A stretch of DNA of 55,450 nucleotides from Octopus sinensis (lineage: Eukaryota), in NCBI RefSeq assembly GCF_006345805.1, contig NW_021833736.1, positions 1 through 55,450 of the forward strand, given 5' to 3'. Positions 24,150-37,714 of this stretch are shown in pieces (positions within the stretch are counted from its first letter, which is position 1; every line of letters starts with the position of its first letter). The notes under the pieces are model-generated. The model saw nothing but the letters and a program-made list of their open reading frames with translations, searched no databases and was not told the origin of the DNA. Position numbers and translations under genes: made by a program.

Positions 24150-24535
24150 TTATATATAAAATCCGTTCTGTGTGTGTGTGTGTTCTATGATCTCGGGCAT
24201 CCTCCATCCGATTGCGCTCAAATTTGATATGTAGATACCGACGGTATCAGGGCGTGTATAAGTCTTGAAAAAATTACAAAAATCGATTCCAGGTGAGAAT
24301 GAGATCGATAAAGCCGTGGGAAGGTGCATTTGTACGCGCAAGTACATCAGCTGTTGCGATCGATACTACGCGTACGGTGAGAAAAATGCACGTTCAATTT
24401 GCGCAAAAAAAAAGCCGGCTGGCTTGAAATAATGCCACAAAATGGGACGATCGGACAAGTTTTGAGAAAATTTGGTTTAAATGTTTGACAACTCAGCACC
24501 GTCCATTGGACCGGGGGGGGGGGCGTTTTGCTCGT
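24150..24535 (+). mobile_element. Probable non-autonomous Helitron (another subfamily)
   Basis: TATATAAAATCCGTTCTGTGTG 5' architecture; 3' hairpin CCGTCCATTGGACCGG then GCTCGT (degenerate CTAG). Confidence 0.45.
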
Positions 24536-24551
24536 ATATATTATATATATA

Positions 24552-24595
<44 letters not shown>

Positions 24596-24959
24596 CGCCG
24601 TACGTACACTTTGGTCTCTTATATATATATATATATATATAAAATTTCTGTTCACTTTTCTTCAATCTTTATATTTTATATTTCAACTTTTTTTCCTAGC
24701 CATCATTTCATTCATTCAGAAAATGAAATGGAAACCGTCCTGAAATATTCTTCTCAAATAGACAGAGATGAATGAACTTCCAAACAACTCAAAACTAACA
24801 CACACAACCACACACACACAGATGTAAACGGTGTCGCCCAGTCCATCTATTCCTATGACAACATAAACGACAGCGTAAAAAAGGCAAGGATATCAACGAT
24901 TGGTGTGAAGAAAACAATGAGCTATGGTGGAGAGTAAGGAAGGAGGTTGTCAAAAGTGA

Positions 24960-25720
24960 TTTATAGCTGAAGGAAAATTAGAAAAGCATAGGAGCTAAGT
25001 GAGGGGGAAGCGAGCGAGAGAGAGAGAGGTGAGAAAGGGGAAAGAGAGAGACCGAGTGAGTTAATAGAATGATACATAGAGATAAACAGAGTGAGAATGA
25101 GGGAGAGAGGGGGAAAATAAAATGAGAAAGAAGAAAATAAAGAAAGAGAGAAAGAAGAGAGAAGAGAGAAGAGATAGAATTGAAATATCGGAGACAGAAA
25201 GAAAGAAAAGAAAGAAAGAAAGAAAGAGAAGAGAGAGAAAGGAATGAATGAAGGAAGAAGAGAGAGAGAAGAGAGAGAATTAAAATATCGGAGAAAGAAA
25301 GAAAGAAAGAAGAGAGAAGAGACAGAATTGAAATATCGGTGAAAGAAAGAAAAAAAGAAAGAAAGAAAGAAAGAGACAGAATTGAAGTATCGGAGACAGA
25401 AAGAAAGAAAGAAGAAAGAAAGAAAGAAAGAGAGAAAGAAAGGAAGAAAGAAAGAAGAGAGAGAGAAAGAAAGAGAAGAGACGGAATTGAAATATCGGAG
25501 GCAGAAAGAAAGAAAGATAGAAAGAAAGAAAAATGAAAGAAAGAAAGAAGAGAGAAGAGACAGAATTGAAATATCGGAGAGAAACAACTAAAAATATTAG
25601 ATTGTTTCAAAAACACTGAGAGAGATTGGGAAGTGAGAGGGAGAGAGTGAGTGAGAGAGAGAGGGAGAGAGAAAGTGAAAGAGAGGGAAGACAGAAAGAG
25701 ATGTAGAGAGATGGAAAAAT
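24960..25720. repeat. Purine-rich (GAAA/GA) tract with recurring GAATTGAAATATCGG unit
   Basis: About 6 spaced copies of the unit. Confidence 0.9.
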
Positions 25721-26624
25721 GGCAGACATAAGCTGTAAAAATATCGAACAAACTGTGGGTGTAGAATTAGTTTGGACTATTGAAAATTGTCAGTAATGTT
25801 TCTATGTTATTATAATTGTATCATTAATGTAGAGAGAAATTGCCAGCGATAAAGGCGAAACAAAATACAACAGCAAGAACATTCGATTGTATGAGTGTAT
25901 TTTGCGTGTGTAAACTGGATAACAAAAGGATAAAAACTCAAGAAGAAATGGAGAACATTTGAAAACATTTTTCATTGAAAATAATACACAGAAGACGTGA
26001 TTGAAGTCAATGAGATTAATGAGAGGGAATTTAGCGAGATCATTACTGGCAGATAACAAATCTGTGGGAATTTATATTTATAAAACAAAAAGAAAATGGC
26101 TGAACAGTAGTGTTTTCGTCGCACACTTGAATATAGAGGAGGGGAGAAGAAGAAAGAAGGGCAGAAAGAGAAAGAGAGAGTGTATGTTTGTGTATATCTG
26201 TGTGTGTTTGTTTGAGTGTGAGAGTGGTGTGTGTGTGTGTATGTGCGTTTGTGTGAGTGTGTGTGTGAGAGATAGAGTGTATGTGTATTTGTGTGTGTGA
26301 GAGAGAGAGAGTGTGTATGTGTGTGTGTGTGAGAGAGAGAGTGTATGTGTATGTGTGAGTGTGAGAGTGTGTGTGTGTGAGAGAGAGAGAGTATGTGTAT
26401 GTGCGTTTGTGTCTGTGTGGGAGTGTGTGTGGGAGGGAGAGAGAGAGGGTGGATGTTCGTATGTGTGAAAAAGAGGGTCTGAGAGAAAATATGCGTTTGA
26501 GAGATAAAGAAAGAAAGAAAGAAGGTAAAAAGAAAGAGAGACAGACAGACAGAGTGGGAGAAGGAGAGAAAAAGCGCAGAAGAGGTGTGAAAAAAAAGAA
26601 CAGGATAAGATGGATAATAATGAT

Positions 26625-27125
<501 letters not shown>

Positions 27126-27399
27126 TATATAATATATAGTTAATTTTGATCTCCATGTGAATTAGGACACGCACGCCCCAGATTACTGTTGCTAAGTCAC
27201 TGTCACATAACTGAACTGACCGGTGTCTTAGATCGAATTAACGGCATATTGCCCACTGGATATAATTCCCTACACAATCATGTCCGTAGAGATAAATTCT
27301 GTCTTTGCATGCAACTGGTCAACTAGAAACTGTGATCAATTGTTTCTCTTGCGCTGATTAAGTTTGCAGTTGATGTTGGATGTCAGCACTTGAGTTATT

Positions 27400-27560
27400 A
27401 TTGTATTTTATGATTAGGTATTGGTTCTCTACAACTGAAATCAAACACTCCAGTTTTGTTTATTGTCCAGAGCTTTTGAGCCATACTTGCTGTTTATATT
27501 GACTAACTTCTTCTTTGTCGATGTTGGTCAAGAATGTTGTTCTTATCTAATCTTAAATCT
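27400..27560 (-). pseudogene. Possible highly decayed R4-like fragment
   Basis: QVWLKSSGQ*TKLECLISVVENQYL resembles the R4-type QWLRSSGLKAETEGFI..AQDQ block (from recall). Confidence 0.3.
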
Positions 27561-27611
27561 TCTATGAAATTAGTTTCCAATTTTCAGTTTACTGTTTCTT
27601 CATAGAGAGCA

Positions 27612-28026
27612 GGCGCGTGGCTTAGTGGCTAGGGTACTGGGCTCATGAACGTAAGATTATGAGTTCCATTCCTGGCGGCGTGTTGTGTCCTTGAGCAAGA
27701 CACTTTATTTCACGTTACTCCAGTCCACTCAGTTGCGAAAATAGGGTGGAATCTGTTATTTAAAGGGGACCCTGGCGGCGTGTTGTGTCCTTGAGCAATA
27801 CACTTTATTTCACGTTACTCCAGTCCACTCAGTTGGGAAAAATGAGTTGTACCTGTAATTTAAAGGGGTCCAGCCTTGTCTATTTGGTGTGTCACGCTAA
27901 ATCTCCTTGAGAACTACGTTAAGGCTACGCATGACTGCGAAGTTCTCTTTGCACGTTAATTTCTCGAGCAGGCTGTTCCGTTGATCGAATCGACTGGAGC
28001 CCTCGTCGTCATAACGGAAGGAGTGC
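27612..28026 (+). mobile_element. SINE family D with internal duplication of the CORE-like block
   Basis: CCTGGCGGCGTGTTGTGTCCTTGAGCAA...CACTCAGTTG occurs twice. Confidence 0.9.
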
Positions 28027-28659
28027 CAGGCTATATAGAGTAGGGATTAGCAACAGGTAGGCCATTAAAATGTCCTCTGTGGGCCTCGGATTTTTACAGC
28101 GAATGTATTTATGAGACACTGAGCAGTTGTTGATATAACGTTGTGTCACGATTTGTTTAATCTTTTGCTAACATTATAATTATGGGAGAGGAGTGTTAAG
28201 TACGCGGATATAATTTGATAAGCAAGATATTTGATGTGCAGGTAAACCACAGGTGGAAGTGAAAAAAGTAGTCTTTTACTCTTGGTTTATCTTTTATCTT
28301 CTTGTTTCAGTCGTTGGATTGCGTCCATGTTTAGCCGAACAAATTGCCGCCAGTACTTATTCTATTGGTTTCTTTTTGCCGAACCACTGGGTCACATGAA
28401 CGCAAACAAACTCCAAGACAGGTGTCAAGCGAGGGATAAACAGGATTAGCACACACATACACGCGCAGGTACACACAGACATTTAACACACACACGCGCG
28501 CGCGCACGAAACTCGGAGTTTTATCTTGGCTACCGAATAATTATCACATATTATTTTACAGATGAATTTCCTCTATTTATATAATATCGAGGTCTCTTTC
28601 TTTCTTTTGTTATCTTACCGTTTTTATCAATATATATATATATATATATATATACATAT

Positions 28660-28961
28660 CACCATCACGTGACTGACTAGTCCATCAGATGTAGTTACAC
28701 ATCGCTGGTCACAATGCGTTCGCATTGTTTCAGCCTTCGAATGACGCCACCCCGCTGGCTAAGCGAGCAGGCCAACAGAAGAAAGAGTGGGAGAAAGAGT
28801 GGTGAAAGAGTACAGCAGGGATCACCACCCCCTGCCGGAGCCTCGTGGAGCTTTTTAGGTGTTTTCGCTCAATAAACACTCACAACGCCCGGTCTGGGAA
28901 TCGAAACCGCGATCCTACGACCGCGAGTCCGCTGCCCTAACCACTAGGCCATTGCGCCTCC
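28660..28961 (-). mobile_element. SINE family B with RTE-like tail
   Basis: Matches 30991-31287. Confidence 0.9.
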
Positions 28962-29311
28962 ACATATATACATATGTGTCATCATATATTATGTAAGTAA
29001 ACAAGATAATATTCAGTATTTTTGGAAGATTCTGATGCATTTGTTTAGTGGAGTAAATATTGTTTTTTTCCCAAGTCACCCCCGGCTCTATAAGTATTTA
29101 AGCGTTAATTCTGTTCCCTTTGGAAATCTATAAAATACAGTTGCAACAAATTCTTGAATACTCGTCAGTTCAACCAGAAATTGGGAGGTTTATCAATATC
29201 CTTATTTCCTCTGTAACAAATAATATAAATAATTTGAAATCCCCAGAGTGAATGCCATTTTCTGTTTGTTTATCTTCTTGGCATAATTTTGTTCTTTATC
29301 ACTCTCTCTTT

Positions 29312-29372
<61 letters not shown>

Positions 29373-29443
29373 CCTCCTGTCTCTGTCTGTCTGTCTGTCT
29401 CTGCGTGTCTTGAATGTATTTAGATACGTCTATGTGTTTATGA

Positions 29444-29488
<45 letters not shown>

Positions 29489-29724
29489 CATATATATTTA
29501 TACATGTATGCATGTATATTTATGTGTCTATATGTGTTTGCATGTGCGTGTGTGTGGTGTATGGTGTGTGTGTGTGTGTGTGTGTGCGCGTGTGAATTGG
29601 GTGGTAAAATGCTAGATCAATCAGTAATCGACCATTCGAAACTGCTGCAAAGATAGGACTACATCGAATAAATTGTATACGTAACTTCTCATATAAATTC
29701 ATTCCATGCACCACCCACTCTCTA

Positions 29725-29775
<51 letters not shown>

Positions 29776-29794
29776 TCTCTCTCTCTCTCTCCGA

Positions 29795-30022
29795 ATGTTC
29801 AAAGACAACTGGTGGACCCGTGCAGCTGCCGAGATGTATCGAAGAGATTGGAAAAAGGCCACTCAGAAGGCCTCCACGACGAAGGGAAACGGATTTAGTT
29901 CAACGATTTATGACCATGATGGAAAAGAATGGTGCAACCAATAAAAAAAAACTTTGAGCGCATTGTGACAAGGGATGTATAACAACACCCAATTGTCTGG
30001 TCGATACAAAGATCCACTGATA
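29795..30022 (+). pseudogene. RTE-clade LINE 3' end remnant
   Basis: KDNWWTRAAAEMYRRDWK, then after a frameshift RPLRRPPRRRETDL; matches the RTE DxRWT..W.PR..KRP.GRP..RW.D pattern. Confidence 0.75.
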
Positions 30023-30078
30023 CAGTAAGACAATGATACAGTGATACATTTATATATACAAGTACATATATATGTGTG

Positions 30079-30137
<59 letters not shown>

Positions 30138-30362
30138 AGTTCAGCAAAATTTAGATTCAAATGAATATGGTACATAAGTTAGATGCACCGGAATTTTGTA
30201 TGGTATTATCCATATAAATCAAATGGGGTGAAAACCTCTATAAATGGCTGATGATCGCCCAACATTTTAAAACTGTTGTAATACTTACAATGTTTAATAA
30301 AATGATGTAGCCTGAAACGATCGTACCAAATTACCGAAGATTTCCTGTTGCTTATTTTTGAT

Positions 30363-30405
<43 letters not shown>

Positions 30406-30990
30406 GAGAGACGACGCCAGGCAATCAGCATCACTCGGGCTCATCACAGATTCCGCATAAGACCACTAGCGTAGCTAGAGTGTGTGCCGACCGGGCTGGA
30501 CCGCCTCTACCTACTCCCTAGTTACGCTAGGGCATAAATCACGTGCCTGCTCGAAGAATTTCACGTTTTTCTCAATATTTCTAGCCCCAAATGGCTTATT
30601 TTTTTATATCTAGCACTATGTCTTTCTCCATTTCTAAGTTAAGGGTTAAAATAAACCAACCCTGCAAAACGCAACTGATCTTTACACACAGACGCGCAGA
30701 ATAACTTCAATCAAATAACGACAGCAGAGTGCACAATAAACATTGGCGAGACTAGAAAAAAACAAGCAACAATTGATGAAGGGTCGTTCTTTATGTTGTT
30801 TGTTTTGTTTTCCATTAGTGTCTCTCGTTGTTCGAAAAAATAGTTCATGTTCCATGTACTCGTGCTTCGTATTTTTTTTTTTTTTTGTTGTACACGTTTC
30901 ATGACGGCCTATGCCCACATATGCTTATATATACACGTATAGATGTAATTATGTACATATACGTACGTATATATGTATATGCATATATGT

Positions 30991-31287
30991 GGAAGCGCAA
31001 TGGCCCAGTGGTTAGGGTAGCGGACTCGCGGACTTAGGGTCGCGGTTTCGATTCCCAAACCGTTGTGAGTGTTTACTGAGCAAAAACACCTAAAGTTCCA
31101 CGAGGCTCCGGCAAGGGGTGGTGGCGATCCCTGCTGTACTCTTTCGCCGCAACTTTCTCTCACCCTTTCTTCTGCTCGCTTAGCCAGCGTGGTGACGTCA
31201 TTTGATGGCTAAAACAATGCGAAGCGCATTGTGACCAGCGATGTGCAGCAACATCTGATAGTCTGGTCGGTCACGTGATCACGTGAT
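30991..31287 (+). mobile_element. SINE family B with RTE-like tail
   Basis: tRNA-like head; tail GCGCATTGTGACCAGCGATGTG...GTCACGTGATCACGTGAT. Confidence 0.9.
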
Positions 31288-31310
31288 ATGCATATATATA
31301 TATATTACTT

Positions 31311-31782
31311 GGCGGCGAGCTGGCAGAAACGTTAGCACGCCGGCCGAAATGCGTAGCCGTATTTCGTCTGCCGTTACGTTCTGAGTTCAAATTCCGCCGA
31401 GGTCGACTTTGCCTTTCATCCTTTCGGGGTCGATAAATTAAGTACCAGTTACGCACTGGGGTCGATATAATCGACTTAATCCGTTTGTCTGTCCTTGTTT
31501 GTCCCCTCTGTGTGTAGCCCCTTGTGGGTAGTAAAGAAATATATATTATTATTATTAAGGCAGTGAAGGTGGTAAGCTGGCAGAATTGTTAGCATGCCAG
31601 GCAAAAGGTTTAGCGGCATTTTGTCTGTCTTTACATTCTGAGTTCAAATCCTATTAAGGTCAACTTTACCTTTCATTCTTTCAAGTACCAGTTACGCACT
31701 GAAGTTGATATAATCGACTTAATCCGTTTGTCTGTCCTTGTTTGTCCCCTCTGTGTTTAGTCCCTTGCGGGTAGTAAAGAAA
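31311..31782 (+). mobile_element. Two adjacent SINE family A copies (31311-31541 and 31572-31782)
   Basis: Direct match to family A. Confidence 0.9.
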
Positions 31783-32024
31783 TGTATATATAAATGTGCG
31801 TGTGTATACGCACACACCCACACACACACACAGAGCACTCACTTACATCCGCGCACACACACACTCACACAAACACACACAAACACACTTATGCTCAATA
31901 GATTGTACTAGGCAACTCTCAATGAAGACCATCCCGAAATCTAGAAATTAGTGAATTGGAACGGATGTCAATTTTCGCATTCAATTCTATTAATATTTTC
32001 CTTTATTGTTTTTGTTTTTTAAAG

Positions 32025-32118
32025 CCTTTGTTGTCGTCGTCGTCGTTTCTGGTACTTGTGTTAACGGAATCACACTTCCAGACAATGATCAAAGAATAGC
32101 AACAACAACGATAAAACT
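32025..32118 (+). CDS. Candidate isolated internal exon (signal-peptide-like hydrophobic stretch)
   Basis: Long pyrimidine tract plus AAAG acceptor; open frame (A)FVVVVVVSGTCVNGITLPDNDQRIATTTIK; GTTAGT donor. No homology recognised. Confidence 0.25.
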
Positions 32119-32383
32119 GTTAGTATTTATGCAAGAATCCGTTTGCAGAAGTCGACGTCATCAAAATTGCTATCGATCTCTCACGTAGTTGTACGAAATG
32201 AATCAGTTCAGAAAAAAATCGAGATGGCGAATTTTGTTTGCGCCGCCATATTAGTGAAGAGGGTCTCACAATGGCTACACTTGGTGACTTCGTGACTAAT
32301 TCTTTTTTTTTTGCAACGAAGTCTACTGCCGTTAATCGAATTGTGTAACATCTGCTCGTGACTTCCACCCCGTTTTACATGAG

Positions 32384-32455
<72 letters not shown>

Positions 32456-33274
32456 CATACAGACATACAAATATATATATGTCGGAAGTATAAAGAGTTG
32501 AATAACACCTGTGTTTATCTCCATTTATTTATTTATCTATCAATCTATCTATCTATTTATATATAGGAGGATTACGTCGATTGCATCGACTCCAGCACTT
32601 GATTGGTACTTAATTTATTAATCCCGAGAATTATTAAATCCCTCATTCTCATTTAATTGTATATATTATAATTGTTTCTTTATTCATACGTTTCGTCTAA
32701 TTCGATACCCTGACCCCAATGTTTGTTTTGTCTGTCCTCGTATCGTCCCCTCTTTTTCCCAACCTCGTGGTTAATAAAGAAATTGACTGAGAAGGAGACC
32801 GGAAGAGAGAGAGTGGGGATGGAAGGAGAGAGAAAGAAAGACAGATAGACAGATGGACAGACAGAGGCATACATACGCGTGCACTCCTGGACACATACCC
32901 ACGGGTAAGTCAACGAGAGTGTCTATGCTCTATTACCTGAGTACTACATTGTACTTCGTATATTTGTGAACGATTGGAATACTTCCCAGGTTCAATACAC
33001 TTTAACTGCAACAGATCATTATAATCGAATTAAATTAGGGCAGTGAATGAGAATAAATTTTTGTCAGATGTTAATTAATAAAACCTGCTACACAAATTTT
33101 TAAAAAAATATATCTGCTCATATAACAATAGAGTATCAATAATTATTTTTCTAATAAATAACATTGGTTGAACGGATCATGACATAACTAATAAAGCAGT
33201 AGTTATCGTAATCTATGCAAATGTTTCATCTGCATAAAATCAATTCGGTATTTTTAAACAGCTATGAAAAATGT

Positions 33275-33610
33275 GGATCTTTACCTTTTGACCGACAGAT
33301 TTAAAAAATAATCTTTTGTAACTAAACACTTTCAAACTTCGGATACTGGTAGAATGTGTCATATAAAACATCTTTTACTCTTAGCATTTTTGAGAAAAGT
33401 TTATATATTAAGAAGTTATTTCACGTTAATGTTCTCGTATTTCGGTAATTTCAGCCAATCCATGACGTGTATTCAGCTGAATAAAATTACTGCCGTTGTT
33501 TGTCAACAAGGACTTCCGGTGGTGTATATTATGTATGTGTTTATGCTTGTGTTTGCAGTTATATGTATATGTCCGTATGTGTGCGTTTGAGTGTAGACGG
33601 ATGCATGTAG
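33275..33610 (+). mobile_element. Divergent relative of the 8-bp-TSD MITE family
   Basis: Variant TIR GGATCTTTACCTTTTGACCGACAG; shared GTAACTAAACACTTT..ACTTCG.ATACTGGTAGAATG block; second copy at 37915-38195. Confidence 0.65.
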
Positions 33611-33914
33611 TTATATATGTATGTATATATGTGTGTATGTATATTCGTGTTTATGCTTTGCTAGCAAGGTCCAATTATATTGAAACGTATGTTGATTTCA
33701 CTGACCTCGATAACTACGAGAATTAATGTTTCATTAATTGAGTTTATCAAAATTATCTCCCCTTTTTTCTATAACATTTACCTATAATTACCTTCACGTT
33801 TTCTGTGTAAGTAACTAACAAATATCACTGTCTTCTTTTTCTTTCTCAAACTAAGAAGAGAATTTCAATGTATCAAAAATATTTTGTCAACGTTATTTTG
33901 TACATATACATGTC

Positions 33915-33948
33915 TAAATCTATCTATCTATCTAATTATCTATCTATC

Positions 33949-33997
<49 letters not shown>

Positions 33998-34124
33998 GTC
34001 CGTCTATCTGTCCGTCTATCTGTCTATCTGTCTATCTATCTGTCTGTCTCTCTATCTGTCTGTCTATCTATCTATCTATCTATCTATCTGTGTATCTATC
34101 TATCTATCTGTCTGTCTGTCTGTA

Positions 34125-34155
<31 letters not shown>
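33915..34155. repeat. (ATCT)n/(GTCT)n microsatellite
   Basis: Seen directly. Confidence 0.95.
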
Positions 34156-35179
34156 GTGGGTATACATACTTATACACACAAACACATACACACGCATATT
34201 TGTTTGTATCTGTGTGTGCCCATGTGTATATTCACAGTGTATTTGTGTGCGTACAGTTGCAGCTATTTTCTCAAACATAGATGTAAAGCTCTACTCCTTA
34301 AGGTGGGAAGGACGATGCCCGAAACGTTGAAGATTTCACTCTCCATGGCTCACAGCTCTTCACTGTAGTCTTTCTGTCGCTTTATATGCACACACACATA
34401 CACACACGCGCGCGCGCGCACACGCACACACGCGCGCAAACTCATACATACACATATATAGTTCGAATGTATAATGAATCAGCTTTTACCTTTTAGTAGT
34501 CGGATGCTTGAAGAATGCGTTTTGTATGACGTAATGTGTGAAATATGAATATAAAGCCACGCTATTGAAACATATGTAGCACGGATTGAACTTGTATCGT
34601 TCATTTATATTTAATGATATTCACGTACCGCCTGACATACGTAACTAATGTTATTACTGAGCTTGGAGTTGCGGAGTACATGACATCATTAAATAATCAC
34701 GCTTAATTCTATAATGGAATACTAAAATGGGAATATTATTGATTGATGCTGTTATCAATTTGTTAATGTTCCTAGAATGTAAACTGCTTGCCAGTAACAT
34801 ACTGGAACCTACTGAGCTAATAACAGCAATCGATGTGATCCAAACCAAGTATATGTGTATGTATAATTTGTAGCGCCTGCAGAAAGGGGAAGACTCGTGG
34901 CTTTAGTAGGGTCTCCTAGAGTGGCAAGATTGATGCCGTTAATGTTCCTTTTGAACTTTTCTAAGTCAATACCTGTTAGAAATACAAACACAAGAATGGA
35001 GATGAGATTCCAGTGTGCCAATGTTCTGGAGAGGAAGAACTGATTGAAGTGTTAGTGAGGAGCCTAGTGGAGTGGGGTTAGACACAACAAGGCTGACAAG
35101 AATTGCTCGAGCGTCACGGAAGTGCTTGAGCAAAGAAGGTACAGGATCAGACATTATCATCGCAGTAGATAAATTAAAA

Positions 35180-35435
35180 CGTCGCCCTTTTCAAGCCTAG
35201 CCAGGCTCATGGGCACGGTTTCCCGGTTTCTGTGGCGTATGTCCCCCACCCCACCCTCCCAGGTGGACGGGACGCCAGTCCATCGTAGCGTTACTCAAGA
35301 AACAGGAAGAGAGAGTGAGAGAAAGTTGTGGTGCAAGAATACAACAGGGGTCGCCACCACGCCCAGTCTGGGAATCAAAACTACGATCCTCCGACCGCGA
35401 GTTCGCTGCCCTAACCACTGGGCCATTGCGCCTCC
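35180..35435 (-). mobile_element. SINE family B
   Basis: Head and GAAACCGG-type tail match 9964-10263. Confidence 0.85.
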
Positions 35436-35884
35436 ACCATCACAGTAGAAAAGACAGTAAAAACGCGTGTATAAGTGTGTGAGAGATAGAGATAGGCCTG
35501 GTATATGTACCTGTGTATGTGTTGATATGTGAGAGAAAGTATACGTCGCCATGTATGTTTGGATGTGTGAGAGTACAGGTATAAGTATCTATGTGCGTGT
35601 GTAAGTATGTATGTCTACGTGTGTGTGTATAAATACATACAAGTGTTTGTGTATGAAGGGGTATGTGTACCTATATGTCTATCAGTTTATGTAGACGGGC
35701 TTATATATTTATGAGTGTGTACGCATGCGTGTATGTATTTGTAGCCCTCTCTGAGCATTTATATGAGTGTGTACTCGTGTGTATGTACGTGTGTGCGAAC
35801 AGTTCGGTCTCTCTCTCTCTCTCTCTCTTGCTTGCTCTCTCTCGCTCTCCCTCTTCCTATTTCTCTCTGTCTCTCCCTCGATAT

Positions 35885-35924
<40 letters not shown>

Positions 35925-36031
35925 GAAGCAGATATGTGTATTTATATATGTGTATGCATGTGTAATATCTCTGTGTGTATATGCATGTATATATGTGTGT
36001 ATATATCTGAGTGGACAGTCTTATATTTCTC

Positions 36032-36087
<56 letters not shown>

Positions 36088-36229
36088 CGTGTGGTATGTT
36101 TGTGAGAGTTAATGTTTTCAAAAAGCAATTAGTTTATCAAAATAAATTATATTCCGCTCTAACTGGTGGCGGTGATTTAACTGGCCACTGAACATGGATT
36201 CTTAAAGCGCGGTTTAATTATTTTTCCGA

Positions 36230-36870
36230 GAGCTGATTGTTGTTGTTGGTGGTGGTGGTGTTGTTACTGTAGCGGTAATAATGCAGTTGTCGAGATTAGT
36301 GGTGTTAGTGGCGGTGGTGGTAGTAGTAGTAGTGGTAGTAGTGGTGGTGGTGGTGGTGGAGATGGTGGTCATTATGGGGGTGGTGATTGTGGTTGCTGCG
36401 GTGCTGTCGATGATGCTTTTGGTGCTGCTGTTCTTCTTCTTCTTCATTTTCTTGGTGGTCATTGTGGTAACTGTGGTGGTAATAGTAATTGTAGTAGTGG
36501 AGGTGGTGTTAGTGGCGTTTGGGATGGAGGTTGGTTGGTTGTTGTTGTTGTTGGTGGTGTGGTGGTGGTAGTGGTAGTGGTAGTGGCGGTTTTTTGCTGT
36601 AGTACTGGTTATAGAGGTGATGGTCGTGGTCACTGCTGTTGCAGTGGTGGCAGAATTGGTCCTTGTTAGAATGATAGTTGTCATCGTTGCTGCTGCTGCT
36701 GTTGTTGTTGTTGTTGTTGTGGTGGTGGTGGTGGTGACAGGAGTAGTAATTCTTTCTGTTGTTGTTGTTGTGTTTGCTTTAATTCTTGCAGTGTTCATTG
36801 TTAATTTCTGTGTTAATAATTGTTGCGTTATTTCTTCTTGTTCTAACATTAATGATAGTTATTGTTGTTT
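36230..36870. repeat. GTG/GTT/GTA/GCT triplet low-complexity tract
   Basis: Seen directly. Confidence 0.85.
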
Positions 36871-36924
36871 TTTTGGTGCTTATCTAGCCTCAAATAATCC
36901 CCAGATAATCCCCCAATCAAATAC

Positions 36925-37529
36925 ACTAACTGGCAGAATCGTTAGAACGTCTGGAAAATACCTTGCAGAATTTCTGTCGTCTCTTTACGTTTTAAGTTCA
37001 ATGCCCGCGACGGTTAACTTTGTCATTCATCCCTCAATGGTCAATAAAATGAAGTACCAGTGAAGTTCTATGGTCAATAGTATCTAGGCGGCAAACTGGC
37101 AGAAACGTTAGCATGCCAGGCGAAATATTTAGCGGTATTTCGTCTGCCGCTACGTTCTGAGTTCAAATTCCGTCGAGGTCGACTTTGTCTTTCATCCTTT
37201 CGGGGTCGATTAAATAAGTACCAGTTACGCACTGGGGTCGATATAATCGACTTAATCCGTTTGTCTGTCCTTGTTTGTCCCCTCTGTGTGTAGCCCCTTG
37301 TGGGCAGTAAAGAAATATGTATCGACAAACCTTCTATCAAAACTACTGGCCTCGTGCCAAAAGAAGAAGGCGTTGTCATCTCACGTACTGAGTTCAAATT
37401 CTGCCGAGATCGCATTTACCTTTCGTCCTTTCAAGGTCGACGCAGTTAGTACCAACAGAGCACGGATTCGATGTGATCGACTTCCCCCTGCCCTCAAAAA
37501 CTGCTGGCCTCGTGCCAAAATTTGGAACC

Positions 37530-37530
<1 letters not shown>
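36925..37530 (+). mobile_element. Cluster of family A SINE copies and variants (full copy at 37086-37317)
   Basis: Repeated A-box/B-box heads and family A bodies; variant tail CTGGCCTCGTGCCAAAA. Confidence 0.8.
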
Positions 37531-37566
<36 letters not shown>

Positions 37567-37714
37567 GTTGTTGTTGTTGTCATTAGCAAAAAAAAAGAGT
37601 GCCATTGTCATCAAATGAACGGTATTTCGACATCTCGTGTGTCTTCCACGGGTTAAAAAAATAAACGTGTCAATCTACTTCATTTTGGTTAATATTTATA
37701 GGTTGAGGTAACTC

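Noticed and set aside
34295-34345. GGGAAGG...CCCGAAACGTTGAAG motif
   Set aside because: The 3' half resembles the 4343 family but the CUGANGA core is lost; a remnant only.
36214-36849. 211-aa Thr-rich, mucin-like ORF
   Set aside because: TTG start, triplet low-complexity sequence, overlapping ORFs on the other strand, and no splice or domain support.
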